DNA of 64,000 nucleotides from Rhizodiscina lignyota (Eukaryota): NCBI GenBank assembly GCA_010015805.1, contig ML978144.1, positions 62,001 to 126,000 of the forward strand, read 5' to 3'. Shown piece by piece: positions 61,488 to 64,000 of this stretch (position 1 is its first letter; each line of letters starts with the position of its first letter). The notes under the pieces were generated by a model. It saw only the letters and a program-made list of their open reading frames with translations, ran no database searches and was not told where the DNA came from. The position numbers and the translations under genes were made by a program.

Positions 61488-63588
61488 CTACTCAAAGATG
61501 GGCACACCATCCGCAGTGTGTGATCGACAATAGCAGGAAATCCCGCAGGTCGGCATCCCCTGGCAGACGTTCGGCCACATCGCTTCGAAGTGGGACGCCT
61601 GCTCCTTCGGCACACGAGGCCACTGCGTATCGTCGGTGCCCTCGATCGCGTACTTCCAGAACGGCACCGAGGCACCGCTGCTGGAGAGGTACTTGACCCG
61701 GTACAACGCGACGTACGGGACCTCCGTGTTCGGCTCCTGGATAATCGTAAGTATTGTGCAGTTGTGTTTGATGGTCAGGTTGAAGACTAACCTTGACGAA
61801 GCTCAACCTCATGCCATCGAAGGTCTCCTGGAAGACCTCCGGCACAACCGGCAGCCAGGTGGTGCCGTACTTGAACGTATGCCTTGCCGATGACATCTTG
61901 TCCTTGTACGCAGCCCTCTTGCGCGCCTCCTCCCTCTCGCGCCTCTGCCTCTGCGCACCCGTCTCCCGACGGCGTGGCTCCTCCTCTTTCTCGCTCTCCT
62001 CCTCCTTGCTCTCCTCCTTCTTGCCTCCCTCGTGTCGAAGTCGACGGCGCTTCGGAGCCGGCTGCTCCTCTCCGGGGCTTTGACGGGGTGCATCGCCCTC
62101 AGCATCGTGATCGATCTCTGCTCGAGATCTCTTTCGCTGCGAGCGCATGCTGGCCGCCGTCACCTCCACCGGAGAGTGCGCACGCGGGCGCTTCTGCTGC
62201 TGCTCAAGTAAGCAATGAAGTCTTGATGATAAAGGGGCTAACCAATCCTTACCCTGGCCCGAACGCCGCCTCCTTCGACCTCCTCTTCCTCCTCATCACG
62301 GGGCGCACGGCGACGCTTCAAGGTCGCCAGAGGGACGTCATCGTCGGAGCTGGAGGAGCTGGAGTCGGAGATGACCGGGCGGCGGCGGGGGCGAGGAACA
62401 TCGCCATCACCACGAGGTGATGCCCGCCCATAGACATACACCGCCGGAGCGGTGTAGTCCACTTTCTTGTCAAACTGCGCGAGCAGCTTCTTCTTGGTCT
62501 TCTCCCACTCCTGCTCCTCCTGCCCCTCCTCCACGTCGGCCTTCTGCAGGTATGGGCTACGCCCAACCTGGAGAGGGTATGCCCGCAAGCTCTGCTTCAT
62601 CATCTGCAGGAGCTTGCCCTCTGGCTCCTTCGCCTCGAACGCATCCACCCACCCGCCGTTGACGTGCATCTCCACTTTGGAGCGCACGGTTCGGAGTTTG
62701 GCTTGCGAGCCACGGCGGAGCTGTTCATCTGACAGCTTCGGCTCACCAGTTCTGCCCCAGAAGATCTGGAGCAGATACCCTGGTGCGCCGTTGTGGGTGG
62801 ATGAGTTCGGGACGGCGCCACCGTACGCCTTTCGCCAACGGATGTTGTTGGCGTCCATTGCGCTCCGCTTCCTCTTGTTGTCTTCTGCCATCGTGTTGGC
62901 CTTCTCCTTGTCACTGCCAGTGTTGACTGGTGCCTCAGGGTTTATCCGGTCGATAACATCGTCCACTGAGCAGCAGTTTTGAATCAACATGGCAGTGTAC
63001 CAGCCCTCCTCCTCGCTGCCGATGAGGTTCGGCAGTGGATATGGCACCTCGTTGCCATATCCATCGTCATGGCAGACGACGCGGAGGGGGTTACCAGTTC
63101 GAAGGCTCACCAGATACTTGCCGTCGAGATCCACCAGTAGCTTTGTGGTGGATTTGATCTCTGGCGCGGCAAGCTTGAACATAGACAGAGGAAGGTTTGC
63201 CGCAGTGTAGTCTTGATGCTCCGTGATGAGGTAGGTGCGGTTGTTGCCTTGCCCTGCATGCTGGTTCTTGTGCTCTAAACAGGGAGTTAGGATTGTTTGG
63301 CATCGATATTCGAAAACACCGATGTTACTTACGGATTTGTTCCAGCTCGTTCCATTTGGCAAGGACTTCCGGATAGTTCTTGTACAGCTTGCACACGTCC
63401 TTCTCTATGTTTGTCGGGATTGGATCATCCTTCTTGTCCACAAGAGCGAAGCTATGTGCGCGTTAGTGGAGTTCTCTCAAATTTCTGACTTCCTTTGGAA
63501 GGACTTACGAGTGTCCCAAGCCGCGAAGGTCATGGGTAATGTGTGTTTTCTCTGTCGCGGCGTCGCGCGTTGTTCTTGTTCTACCCAT
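61488..63588 (-). CDS. Uncharacterised, probably nuclear protein, about 5 exons
   Basis: ATG 63588 MGRTRTTRD; GT-AG introns join ORF 62238-63362, ORF 61492-62169 and the terminal exon EPNTEVPYVALYRVKY..CGISCYCRSH..FE* in frame; SDDDVPLATLKRRR and PAPKRRRL motifs. Confidence 0.72.
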
Positions 63589-64000
63589 GTTTCTGGTGTT
63601 TCTGATGTTTGTTGCTGGGCGGGTTTAAGAGTTCTGGGGTTTTCGGGAGAGGAGGATATGGAATGAGAAGAGGATGCTTGGTGTCGGTGGAGAGGAGAAT
63701 GTAGAATGAGGAGAGGATGCTTGGTGTCGGTGGTGAAGCTGGCAGTCGAAGCTGAGAAGTTGTTGTTTTTGTCAGGTTGACTGAGTGTGGTGTGGGATTG
63801 TGCTTTTGGAACAAGCTCAAGAAAACTCTGCAGAGCTTAGGAAAATTTTGCTGAGCTTGCCGGTGTTGTAGCTATGTCGTCAAGGTGGCACAATGCCAAA
63901 AGTTTAATGCGCAGGGGCCAAGTGTTAAGAGGTGTCAAGAGCTGTCTGGTGTCAAGTGTGGATCATGAGACGCCACAATTGGTGGATCAAGAGCGTGATG

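Noticed and set aside
63668..63735. Two copies of gaggatgcttggtgtcggtgg upstream of the last gene
   Set aside because: A short local duplication in a probable 5' UTR with no evidence of function.

Overview
Gene-dense, intron-containing genomic DNA of a filamentous ascomycete (GT..AG introns of about 50-65 nt, mostly with CTRAY-type branch sites). The main result is an apparently intact fungal RiPP (dikaritin-type) locus at about 42.5-46.3 kb. It has a 3-exon, signal-peptide-bearing, Kex2-processed repeat precursor (158 aa) with six Tyr-Gly-Xaa-Tyr cores (LIVSQGYGIY x2, LIASGAYGIY x2, LIASGAYGTY x2). Next to it is a divergent pair of UstYa/DUF3328 oxidase genes, each with two HxxHC motifs; one is largely invisible in the ORF track because of introns. 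I do not recognise the cores as any characterised dikaritin. Flanking candidate tailoring or processing genes are an acyltransferase-3, a peroxisomal nitronate monooxygenase-like enzyme, a P450, an S53 tripeptidyl peptidase, an amidohydrolase, an intradiol-dioxygenase-like protein and an FMO. The rest of the window holds a P450/tautomerase/bZIP/MDR/MFS group, a Clr5-domain protein, a disrupted Ser/Thr-rich secreted-protein gene, an NPP1/NLP with a non-canonical motif, an Opy2-domain protein, a glyoxalase, a PDR ABC transporter and a small family of paralogous uncharacterised proteins. All calls come from manual reading and motif recognition; no database searches were run.
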